Source: Octopus vulgaris
Taxonomy: Eukaryota
Direction of reading: 5' to 3'
Length of the DNA: 64,000 nt
Assembly: GCA_951406725.2 (NCBI GenBank)
Contig: OX597825.1
Coordinates: 14,756,001-14,820,000 of the forward strand
Below are positions 1 to 11,400 of this stretch, piece by piece. Within the stretch, counting starts at the first letter, position 1. Each line of letters begins with the position of its first letter. The notes below the pieces were generated by a model. The model had not been told where the DNA came from. It saw only the letters and a program-made list of their open reading frames with translations, and made no database searches. Position numbers and translations under genes: made by a program.

Positions 1-626
1 GGCAAGTGTTTCGTATCAAAATCATTTCATATTATATTGCCAGCATCTGTGTGATATCTCTTGCTAGCTGTTTGTATACAACGTAAATTTATTGTGTTCT
101 TTCATCGCATCGTGATACAAAATATGGTGTAGGCAACACAGAAGCGATCGTGTGTTGATTGACATATAAACGAATTATTTAACAATCTACTTCAAATGTT
201 TAATCTATGGTTAGATGTAATATATTTTGTGTAATTTAGATTCCGGTTATTTTCATTCAAATGATACAGTCTTTTATCTTTAATCATTTAGTTTGAGTTT
301 TAATAAATCATGATATTTTCCCCGTTATATTTCCCGTTGAGGTTTATAAATTATTGAGTCGAAAATTTATGGCTTCGCTTGATAGTCGATGCACTTACAT
401 ATGCTTTTGTCGACAAATATGTGTATGGATCAATTAGTAAATATTATATTATGTTTTAGTAATCCTACTCCTGGAATAAAATATTTCTGAGTATTGAATG
501 TGTCTTTCAATAAATCTGAGGCATATGTTCAACACCGCTAAAAATATGCTGCTATCATTCACATGTTGTCTTCTGCAGCAGTATCTTCACTTGCATAGAC
601 GAATATATTATGAAATATGCACGATT

Positions 627-1025
627 AGGCGTAGGAGTGGCTGTGTGGTAAGTAGCTTTCTAACCAACCACATGGTTCCGGGTTCAGTCCCACTGCGTGC
701 CATCTTGGGCAAGTGTCTTCTGCTATAGCCTCGGGCCGACCAATGCCTTGTGAGTGGATTTGGTAGACGGAAACTGAAAGAAGCCTGTCGTATATATGTA
801 TATATATGTATGTGTGTGTTTGTTTGTCTGTGTTTGTCCCCCTAGCATTGCTTGACAACCGATGCTGGAGTGTTTACGTCCCCGTCATTTAGCGGTTTGG
901 CAAAAGGGACCGATAGTATAAGTACTGGGCTTACAAAGAATAAGTCCCGGGGTCGATTTGCTCGACTAAAGGCGGTGCTCCAGCAAGGGCCGCAGTCAAA
1001 TGACTGAAACAAGTAAAAGAGTAAA
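627..1025 (+). mobile_element. tRNA-derived SINE, family A (CORE-like segment, central microsatellite, LINE-like 3' tail)
   Basis: B-box-like GGTTCAGTCCC; CORE-like CTTGGGCAAGTGTCTT; central (TA)/(TG) tract; tail GGCGGTGCTCCAGCA..CAGTCAAATGACTGAAACAAGTAAAAGAGTAAA; more than 10 homologous copies in the window. Confidence 0.92.
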
Positions 1026-1385
1026 GGCGTAGCTGTGTGGTAGGCGGCTTGCTTCACAGCCACATAGCCCTGTGTTCAGTCCCACTGCGTGGCACCTTGG
1101 GCAAGTGTCTTCTACAATAGCCTCAAGCTAGCCAAAACCTTGTGATTGGATTCCTTAAACGGAAACTGAAAGAAGCTCATTGTATGTATCTTCGCGTTTG
1201 CATTAATCCCCACCCCTTCGCTTAACAACCAGTGTTGGTGTGTTTATGTTCCCGTGACTTAGTAGTTCGGCAAAAAATTGATAGAATAAGTACAAAGCTT
1301 AAAATATGTACTAGCATGGATTCTTTCAACGAGAAAATTATACAAGGGGAGGCTCCAGCGAGACTGTAGTCTACTAACTGAAAGT
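1026..1385 (+). mobile_element. Older, diverged family A-like SINE directly abutting the previous copy
   Basis: Same order of head, CORE-like and tail motifs with many substitutions. Confidence 0.8.
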
Positions 1386-1588
1386 AGGTTTCAATTATTT
1401 CTAATATGAATATAATACGTACGTATATACATTTTTCTCTAAGTAGATATTCTTCTCGTGAATGTTGTGGTAATATTTGTATTATAAACTCAGTAGAGGA
1501 TTTCTTTGAGATCTTATAAAATAATTAACCAAACGTTATGTCATTTTCGACTGAAGAGATACAATAAGTAATATCAATTCAATTAAAA

Positions 1589-1842
1589 GGCGGCGAGCTG
1601 GCAGAATCGCTAGCGCGCCGGACGAGTTGCTTAGCGGTATTTCGTTTGCCGCTACGTTCTGAGTTCGAATTCCGCCGAGGTCGCCTTTGCCTTTCATCTT
1701 TTCGGGGTCGATAAATTAAGTACCAGTTACGCACTGAGGTCGATGTAATCAACTTAATCCCTTTGTCCTCTCTGTGTTTAGCCCCTTGTGGGTAGTGAAG
1801 AAATACAAGTAGGTATTTCGTGTATCTTTCTGTTCTGAGTTC
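1589..1842 (+). mobile_element. SINE family B (tRNA-like head, Deu/Nin-like domain), monomer plus partial second unit
   Basis: Head GGCGGCGAGCTGGCAGAA; GCCTTTCATC..GGGGTCGATAAATTAAGTACCAG segment resembling the Deu/Nin domain; unit restarts at GGTATTTCG at 1812. Confidence 0.88.
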
Positions 1843-1912
1843 CAACTAAATTGTTTCTCAATTTTCTTATTTGTATTATATATATACTGTGTGTGTGCCT
1901 GTCTGTCTGTTT

Positions 1913-1957
<45 letters not shown>

Positions 1958-2621
1958 AACCGCTTTACAATTTCACTTACTTGACCGAAATCATAAGCTC
2001 CCATCCACATATCCAACAATGTGCCTCCGCTTTTCTATATCTTTTCTATATATTTATCTAAAAAACAGGAATAATCTTCTTGGCATCATAATCACATTAT
2101 TCACATTAATAATGTACAACTAGCTTTTATCAGATATACTTTTCTTAAAATCTAGGACCTTCATTAACAACGTCTTTGCGATTGAAGAATAAAATCCCGC
2201 TACGTTGGGAATCTACCGTTTTCTTCTCTTATATCACACAAAATTTTCCAATACTTCTAATCTTTTAAAACAGTGTTTTTCTATTATCCTTTCTTAAATA
2301 TATCTTACTCAGGCTTTGCTGGCCTAATTAATATAATCTTAATGACAATCTACCAGTTCAGTTTATCATAGTCATATTCAAGTGCTGTGAAACGTAACCT
2401 AACCGCCATACATTCGGCTACATCATCTGTTTGCAGTTAACTCTTTGGCTTCTAAATCAAAAGAATATAATATTAGTTTGGAGACTCCATATAAAAATGT
2501 ATCATTTGATAAAGGCCTCAGATTTCAGATTATGTCTATACACGACAGGATTTTGTAGTGAGATGCAATTAGATAGTAATGAATCTACAATTTCTGCTTG
2601 AACTGAGCATATGATAGTTAT

Positions 2622-2707
<86 letters not shown>

Positions 2708-3710
2708 ATCTAAAGTTTAAATCATTTACACCAATCATTTGTGATAAAATCCCATTCTCCTTGTTGATTATATCCCATAATCTTGAACGCTAAACGCAAA
2801 TAGCTAAGTAATTATTTGATTATCAACGGAACACAGAACATTTTCAATGGATCTTTTCAGTAAGTATCCTCGCAGGAATCCCTTTGTATCATCTAATGAG
2901 AAATCGTTATCAATAAAGCATTCGTGGGATTTATATTGCGTTATTTATTTGCTTAATTATTAATATATCCATCATGCCTCTTTAATCAGGTTTATTTCCT
3001 TTGTAATGCACTTGGCGGTTGTAAACATGGATCAACAGAGCCTAACTCAGATTGTACACAAGGCTACCGTTTAAACTGATAGCGAAACATATGTGATGTT
3101 AATGAAGAAACATTGCCCTTAGGGAACCCTGAACGACATCTGTTAACAGCTATATTGTCTCAAGAACTGAATTTGCCATCAATTGGAAGTGCATTAAATA
3201 ATACATAAAACCCAGTTACTGCCAGGTAAATTTCAGATTTAGCTTAGATTGATGCCAAGAAATCAAATTGATATGACAATGGAAAACAAATCGATGTGTC
3301 AGCTGGTTTATATATATACAGAACGGCTGGTTATTAAATCTTGCATGGTTTATTTTTGTGTAATTATTTATTGTTTGAATCTAATATTTGTCTAAATACA
3401 TAATATATGATATAATATAATACATAATATGGCCAATATATCATTAAATTTCCGATGTAACTGTCTTTATACTTGCGCTGCACCTGCTCACATCAGTCTG
3501 CTAGCAATGAATCAAATTCACATCCAGCTATATCAGGCATGGAGTGTTGTTCGTTATATAATACTTTTCTATATCACACATTCCTTTACTCAAGCTTCAT
3601 ATTCATGCGCACACACATCATCTCACACAGGTAATCACATCGCCAACCGACACACGCACATGCACAAATGCAGAAGTATGGGTATATATATATATATATA
3701 TATATATATA

Positions 3711-4013
3711 CCAGGACCAGCTTCTGCAACAGCCTGGGTTTCAAGGGCCCATAGCTTTTTAATATTCTCCCAAAGAGTCTGAGAAACTTGCACAAAGTAG
3801 ATGTAGCGGTTCTTAAATCAAAGCTGGACATCTTCCTGTCAAGAGTCCCAGATGAACCTACCTCACGGCAGGAGGTGCAAATGAGAGTAGCTATATCAAA
3901 CTCTATTCTTCACCAAGTGCCACATATTAGAAGAGGTTCTTCGTAATAACAGTGTAGCACAAAATTGCGGTGCATCAGCATGGCCGCAGCTCTGAGCTGA
4001 AACTAGAGAGAGA
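3711..4013 (+). mobile_element. 3' end of a CR1-like LINE (ORF2 C-terminus plus 3' UTR), 5'-truncated
   Basis: Frame from 3713: RTSFCNSLGFKGP*LFNILPKSLRNLHKVDVAVLKSKLDIFLSRVPDEP..SNSILHQ, matching the GPxLFNxLP..FKxxLDxFLxxVPDEP..SNSL pattern of CR1-group ORF2 ends; internal stop. Confidence 0.8.
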
Positions 4014-4174
4014 AAAAAATATATAATTAAAATTAAAATGAGGGTGAAAAAATTGGAGATTAATTTGATAACATCAATTTAACACCATTGGTCTAGCATA
4101 TTAAAAAATTGAGGTTCAGTAAATAGTATTACATACATATGAGAGGGATTACCACTATGTGGACAACCACTATG

Positions 4175-4256
4175 CTAGAAGTAGACCTGTTATGGTCTTA
4201 CCACTAAGAAATGAGAACATTTCTAAGTGGTAAGACCATAGCGGATCTACTTCTAG
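4175..4256. repeat. Near-perfect hairpin (~39-bp arms, 4-nt loop)
   Basis: CTAGAAGTAGACCTGTTATGGTCTTACCACTAAGAAATG pairs with CATTTCTAAGTGGTAAGACCATAGCGGATCTACTTCTAG. Confidence 0.9.
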
Positions 4257-4288
4257 ATGTACTTCTATTTCTCATATCTATATAATAG

Positions 4289-4330
<42 letters not shown>

Positions 4331-4741
4331 CACATATGTATATATACTTATAAAAAGCAAAATCATATTGTTTTTTTCTAATTTCACCGCTGAACACACA
4401 AAATAAAAATTGCTAATATTTCAGGTTTTTCGCGTCATTTCAATTAATATGGCCATTCCACATACAATTGTGCACGTATTTTCCAAAAGTGATTTGGAGT
4501 GGTTGAATTGGTGTGTGTTTTGATCTATAAATATAGCTCCCAATAAATTTGTTGAGTGCTCTTCCTTCCTTTATCCACTCGTGTATATGTATATATATGT
4601 GTGTGTGTGCATGTGTGTGTGTGCATGTGTGTGTGTGCATCTGTGTGTGTGCATATATATTATAAATATGCACATATATATAATATATATGTGCATATCT
4701 ACACACACACAATATATCTATCTATCTCTCTACCTAGCTAG

Positions 4742-4774
<33 letters not shown>

Positions 4775-4851
4775 TGCAGCGTGGGAGGTGTTTATAAGCC
4801 ATTTAAGAAACACACAAAAGCCGTTCGATTCACTCCAACATTTAAGTTTAA

Positions 4852-4901
4852 TTTGTCAAAATATTTTCGTCGCTAAAATCCGCGACCTGTTCACTGACAA
4901 A
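4852..4901 (-). ncRNA. Minimal type-I hammerhead ribozyme, G3-C8 core variant (copy 1)
   Basis: Reverse complement: TTTGTCA GTGAACA G GTCGC ggatttta GCGAC GAAA ATAT T T TGACAAA. Confidence 0.7.
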
Positions 4902-5886
4902 AATCCGTGCTGCATCTAAGAAAGTAACAGTTAGTTCGTCATATATATGTATGTACGTATGTATGTGTGTATGTATGCATACATGTGTGTATGTATGTAC
5001 GTATTCATGTCCGCACATACGCCTGTGTGCATGTATGTATGTATGTATGTATGTATGTATGTATGTATATATGTATGTGTGTGTATAAGCACGCACATAC
5101 ACTCTATAAAACATAAAGTTATAAACCTGTAGCGATGGATGGATGTAGAGTGACCACTCATCACAACGCTATCAAATTTCAACTCCCTACGGCCGAGGCT
5201 AGAAAGTGAATTTATGACGCTTGCTCACAAGAACTATACCCTAAAATCTATTATCAGATTTTTATCTCTATATCACAGAACTAATGTTTTACTATTGTTC
5301 GTATGTATGTATGTATGTGCGTATGTATGTATGTATGTATGTATGTATGTATGTATGTATGTATGTATGTATGTATGTACATACGTACGCATGTGCGTAT
5401 GTATGTATACGCGCCCGTATGCATGTGCCCATGTATGTGTGTGTGTACATGTACGTGCGTATGTACGTGTGTATGCCCATACGTAGGTATGTATGCATGT
5501 TTGTATTCATGTGCTACGTATGTATGTGAGTGTCTAGGAGAATGGGCAGATGTGTCCGTGAGAGTGTGTACATGTGTATGTGTATGTGAACGTATGTCCG
5601 TGTACTGGCATGTGTCCGTCCAAGTTGTGTACATGACTGTTACTTAGCTGAAGGTTGTATACATATTTACATATATGTTTGTATAGACGCACACATATAT
5701 ATATATGTGTGTGTGGGTGTGTGTTTGTTCCTCTCATCATCGTCTAACCGTGAATGGGTAGAACGCCTAGGTGCAACTGTTCGTATCAAACAACGTCTGC
5801 TCATACCGTTGTATATAACTGCACATACGCATTGCAACCTGTATGTAAGGACTACAGGTGAAAGGGAGAGAGAGAGAGGGGTGGTT

Positions 5887-6172
5887 ATAGAATAGTCCTT
5901 CTGAATGGGATCTGGATGTTATTCCATTCGGACTTTCGGTTGAGAGTAGGTTTGTATTCTTGTATACAAACAGCTTCTGTGACCTGTCTCAACATTGCAT
6001 CGGTGGGATGTGTAGATAGGATGTTCAACTTAAGCTCCCCTAAGGATCCCTTGTGGCAGTCTACAGCATGTTGGTAGAAGATGGAGTTTGGCTTCCTTTC
6101 AATGTAGTTGTCCAGGTGTTCTTTGAACCTATCATTGATGCTTCTAGAGGTCTCACCTATGTATGACTCCGG
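5887..6172 (-). pseudogene. C-terminal GIY-YIG endonuclease domain of a PLE ORF (no start codon, not in the ORF track)
   Basis: Open frame PESYIGETSRSINDRFKEHLDNYIERKPNSIFYQHAVDCHKG..DAMLRQVTEAVCIQEYKPTLNRKSEWNNIQIPFRRTIL*; YIGET-R-R-EH, E and N motifs of PLE GIY-YIG domains. Confidence 0.9.
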
Positions 6173-6925
6173 GTTAGCCAGTACACATGCCAGTACACGG
6201 ACACATGCCAGTACACGGACATACGTTCACATACACATACACATGTACACACTCTCACGGACACATCTGCCCATTCTCCTAGACACTCACATACATACGT
6301 AGCACATGAATACAAACATACATACATACCTACGTATGGGCATACACACGTACATACGCACGTACATGTACACACACACATACATGGGCACATGCATACG
6401 GGCGCGTATACATACATACGCACATGCGTACGTATGTACATACATACATACATACATAAATACATACATACATACATACATACATACATACATACATACA
6501 TACGCACATACATACATACGAACAATAGTAAAACATTAGTTCTGTGATATAGAGATAAAAATCTGATAATAGATTTTAGGGTATAGTTCTTGTGAGCAAG
6601 CGTCATAAATTCACTTTCTAGCCTCGGCCGTAGGGAGTTGAAATTTGATAGCGTTGTGATGAGTGGTCACTCTACATCCATCCATCGCTACAGGTTTATA
6701 ACTTTATGTTTTATAGAGTGTATGTGCGTGCTTATACACACACATACATATACATACATACATACATACATACATACATACATACATACATACATGCATA
6801 CACAGGCGTATGTGCGGACATGAATACGTACATACATACACACATGTATGCATACATACACACATACATACGTACATACATATATATGACGAACTAACTG
6901 TTACTTTCTTAGATGCAGCACGGAC

Positions 6926-6975
6926 TTTGTCAGTGAACAGGTCGCGGATTTTAGCGACGAAAATATTTTGACAAA
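6926..6975 (+). ncRNA. Minimal type-I hammerhead ribozyme, G3-C8 core variant (copy 2)
   Basis: Stem I TTTGTCA/TGACAAA; core GTGAACA; stem II GTCGC/GCGAC; GAAA; one-bp stem III with palindromic ATAT loop; U16.1-U17. Confidence 0.7.
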
Positions 6976-7112
6976 TTAAACTTAAATGTTGGAGTGAATC
7001 GAACGGCTTTTGTGTGTTTCTTAAATGGCTTATAAACACCTCCGACGCTGCAATTGTTTTCGTTTCAGCACACGATCTCAGATCAAATTACTTGCTATGC
7101 GAGTACATCTCC

Positions 7113-7146
<34 letters not shown>

Positions 7147-7308
7147 GATATTCAAGCACACTGCTCACTCATAGGCTCTTCATGCACTTAGAAGGTGCAT
7201 GTGCAACGCAGTTCATCACACATCATAAAAATGTAGTTCTTATAGGAAAATATCAATAAAAAAATAAACATTTTGTACAGAATTTCCCATAAAATAGATA
7301 ATGAGTTA

Positions 7309-7500
7309 TGGAAGCACTATTCATATCACCTCAAAACATATTTTTAAAAAACGCTAACGTAAACGCAACGGAGACATACACACGTCGCAAGCAGGATGTG
7401 CACTTTTTTGATATAAGTATAACGATCAAAATTGTACTTTGTTTTGTAGAAGACAACCGTACACATTTTCTCAAAAATCTGCGTAAATGATTGTCACCTA
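7309..7500. repeat. ~190-bp segment repeated in direct orientation at 11679-11860
   Basis: TGGAAGCACTATTCATATCACCTCAAAA..TTTTCTCAAAAATCT..AAATGATTGTCACCTA shared, with scattered substitutions. Confidence 0.9.
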
Positions 7501-8041
7501 TTATACAATCATACTAAAATACCTGGATACAACTCACTCAATAAGAACTCACTACTTCAATGGACCATAAACAAAACTTGACTTTAAAAGGATTTAGATA
7601 ATCCTATCAAGTGGTGCTATTAAGTTAGACATGACCGGGACCAATCTTAGGTCGAAACATATCTAAGTTTTCTTTTATCTTACTAAACAGTAGCACTCCA
7701 TATTTGGATGGTGAGAGACTGAGAATGTCTAAAAATATCCGTAACCATGAAATTAAGGATCATTATCAAACAACTGATGAACGTTCACCTACCCTCAATT
7801 TAGATGTATTTGTATAGCAGATGGAGACTGTGGTCAAAACCTTCTTGGAGAGAGTTGTTGATTGAAGGTTATATGTGAAGAGCCGGGATTTGCCTCGCTG
7901 ATATACCTGCGGAAAGAACGAGCAGTGGTTATCGGTAAATATCTATGACTTCACAAGTTCCAAGTTCTGGCATCTTAATTTCCCCAATTGTAACAGCTTA
8001 TATTACTATGTGTGGTACCAACTCTTCTTGTAACACCAATA

Positions 8042-8254
8042 TACAGGAGTGAGTGTTGAAAATTCCCTAGTTTGGAGTAAATTTGAATACAGGAGGATCA
8101 GTTAATTATGGTTTTATTCTCAGATTCACACGCTTATTGTAGCGGTGCTTCAGTTTTTTTTATAAGACCTGTCAAATAACTTGGAAGGTTATTTCTCAAG
8201 CCTGGGCTTTTGCGAGTCCCTTAAAGCCAAGAACGTTTCAACACTTCCTGGTAT
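8042..8254. mobile_element. Degenerate Tc1/mariner-type MITE
   Basis: Imperfect TIRs (TACAGG..GTGTTGAAAATTCC / AAGAACGTTTCAACACTTCCTGGTA) with TA ends. Confidence 0.5.
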
Positions 8255-8285
8255 ACACAAGCTCGTGTATATATATGCGTATGTG

Positions 8286-8704
8286 TTTTTTTTTTTTACT
8301 GCCCACAAGGGGCTACACACAGAAGGGACAAAGAAGGACAGACAAACGGATTAAGTCGATTATATCGACCCCAGTGCATAACTGGTACTTTATTTAATCC
8401 CACCCCGAAAGGATGAAAGGCAAAGTCGACCTCGGCGGAATTTGAACTCAAAACGTAGCGGCAGACGAAATACCTATTTCTTTACTGCTCACAAGGGGGT
8501 ACACACAGAAGGGACAAAGAAAGAAAGACAAACGGATTAAGTCGATTATATCGACCCCAGTTTGTAACTGGTACTTAATTTATCAACCTCGAAAGGATGA
8601 AATGCAAAGTCGACCCCGGCGGAATTTGAACTCAGAACGTAACGGCAGACGAAATACTGGTAAGCATTTCGCCCGGCGTGCCAACGTTTCTGCCAGCTCG
8701 CCGC
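8286..8704 (-). mobile_element. SINE family B dimer (head plus two units, A-rich tail)
   Basis: Junction AAAGAAATA|GGTATTTCGTC at 8475/8474 on the minus strand. Confidence 0.9.
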
Positions 8705-9192
8705 GTATTTGTCTGTCTCATCTATATATCGAAGGTACGAGTACGTTTCAAGTTATTCTCCTAAGAATCTATTCCTTTCTTTTTTGTATTTCTACATAAG
8801 AAACTTGCAGTTTGGAATATTTGCCACATTTAGTTCTTGTTGCCGACAATTCCAGACAAATCTCTTAGTTGTTATCAAGTTGTCAGGTTTGTTAGCGTAT
8901 ATACAGCCTCTTTCATTCTGAGTAGTCATTATCTATGAAAACCTCATCACCAGAATATGACAGTTAGGTTTCTGAACTAGGGATGATATTAAGTTAGACA
9001 AGTTAAAAGAAAAAGTAGCAACGTGCCTAATAAACAACACACGTTTCCATATGCGTGAAGTATATATTTATTCAATCATTTTTTTTCAGTCTGCAGAGAA
9101 ATAGCTAAAACATTGCCCTGTTTATAATTATACCATATGTTACATAGATAGATAGGTACATACATATATATATGTATATATATATATATATG

Positions 9193-9229
<37 letters not shown>

Positions 9230-9415
9230 ACATATATTGGAAGGTTTGGAGATGATGTACAGGTATTATATATTAGAAGAAATGAGGTAATCAGAAGATC
9301 GGATGGTTCATATTATTTACAGATATTTATTCATATATTACATTTTTTACATATATATATCATATCATTCAGATCATTAGCGTTTTCTCCCATTCTAGTG
9401 GGGTTTTCAAATCAA

Positions 9416-9483
<68 letters not shown>

Positions 9484-10306
9484 GTTGCAGTTTATAGAAA
9501 AAACCGACGACGAAGATGAGTATATGAAAAGCAAGCAAGTGTATTAGTGTAATTCTTGTATGTTTCGAGCCTACGCTCTTCAACAGAAAGGAATAAGGGG
9601 AAAGAAACACAGAGAATGAAGAAAAAACATATAATGTTCAACGGTGGGGTGTATATATTAGCGTCTGAACTACGAAAAATGCAAATAACACAGATATCTC
9701 ATTTTAACAGATATAATTACCAAAATTACATTAAAATATTTTGAAATACGTAAGATTAAATATATTCAATAAAATCGCCATTGGCTTCAAACACGGATTC
9801 CGAACGACTTCGGAATCTCCTGGAACTCATCTTGACAGTCCCTTTGTTTAAATTAGTGAATGCGGCCATAATCTTTGCCGTGGCGTTACAAGGAGTTTTG
9901 TTGGTCTATCACTCAACTGTACTCCAAACATAATAATCATCGTGTTCGCAGTCCGGAGAGTTAGGTAGCAAGATTTTAGTCCGGAAAAGTTTTCATACAA
10001 TCTCGTATGCATGTGTGTCTTTTTACCGATCAAGTGTACCAATCACATGTTCTTCGTGAATGATATGCGTAAACGCAGTTGGAGAACATCTATAGGATGC
10101 AACGTATAATTACTCTTTCATATATTGTGTAGGAAGACTTACTATAAATGCTTTCAGATATTCGCAGAGAAGTACTTCTCCAAAATCTAAGACTTTGTCA
10201 ATCTATCTCTCTCTACATCTATCTCCCTATATATGAATTGATCTCATCTTTTCTCTCTCTCTCTCTACCCCTTATTTCTCCGTCTGTGTACACGCACACA
10301 TACATA

Positions 10307-10390
<84 letters not shown>

Positions 10391-10599
10391 GATATAATTG
10401 TACGTGTGTGTGCATGTATGTATATTATATATATGTGAGAGAGAGGGAGAGAGAAGAGCTAGAGACAGAGAGACAAGTGAGAGAGAGAGAGACTTGCGTA
10501 CGAGAAAGTATACGCTGAATTACTTTTCGCTTTGTTGTTGGATCACACTCATATACACGTAAACAAACGCATTCAAATATACTTTCACGTCTAGAAATA

Positions 10600-10645
<46 letters not shown>

Positions 10646-11172
10646 TTAACAATAAAAGCAAATCATACTTAAACTTGCTCTATCCACTTTTTTTTTTATC
10701 TATTTCAAATATATATAACACCTGAATGATATTTGTCTTAATTTATCTTTCCACTAATTGAATATATTTCGAGAATCGATACTAAAATCCTATTATGTGT
10801 TCCTCTTAGAAATTTAGATTTACCAATGATACAACTTTTAAATTTAATTTAGAGAATATAACCTTATGCAGATATCAAAGTAATCGATCGCTACAAATAC
10901 AGCGAACGTCCATATTTAGTCGGTCTTCCGTTTACGTTTATTCCTTTATCTCTTATTTAGCATGATTTATACTGGCAAACTATCAGACGTAGCTCTGATG
11001 AGATGTCAATCTTGTGTGCACCTTAGATTGTACCTCGTCATGTCTGGTTTTGATTGCTGATGTATTCATGACAAAGTGAAGGCTGTGAAGATACCGGATA
11101 CGGATATTTCGTTTGTCACCGTTTCGACAGTTACAACTTTAAGATGCTGAATACAGAATACAATTTCACAAC

Positions 11173-11338
11173 AGGTGCTGGAGTGGCTCTGTGGTAAGTA
11201 GATTGTTTACCAACCACATGGTTCCGGGTTCAGTCCCACTGCGTGGCATCTTGGGCAAGTGCCTTCTGCTATAGCCCCGGGCCGACCAATGCCTTGTGAG
11301 TGGATTTGGTAGACGGAAACTGAAATAAGTCCGTCGTA

Positions 11339-11400
<62 letters not shown>

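Larger units (their letters stand above)
4771..7113 (-). mobile_element. Penelope-like element (PLE) insertion: 5'-truncated GIY-YIG ORF end and 3' region, with an inverted copy of the 3' region, flanked by (TA)n
   Basis: Inverted arms 4771-5619 and 6197-7056 nearly identical; GIY-YIG fragment in the spacer; hammerhead in each arm; (TA)n on both sides. Confidence 0.75.

Noticed and set aside
4771-5886. SECIS element in the PLE 3' region
   Set aside because: AUGA words are present but without a ~12-bp stem, apical AA and GA quartet; no in-frame UGA in the visible ORF fragment
7624-7667. Hammerhead-like TTAGACATGACCGG-GACC..GGTC-GAAACATATCTAA
   Set aside because: Stem II and GAAA are present, but the core and the U-H/stem I register do not fit
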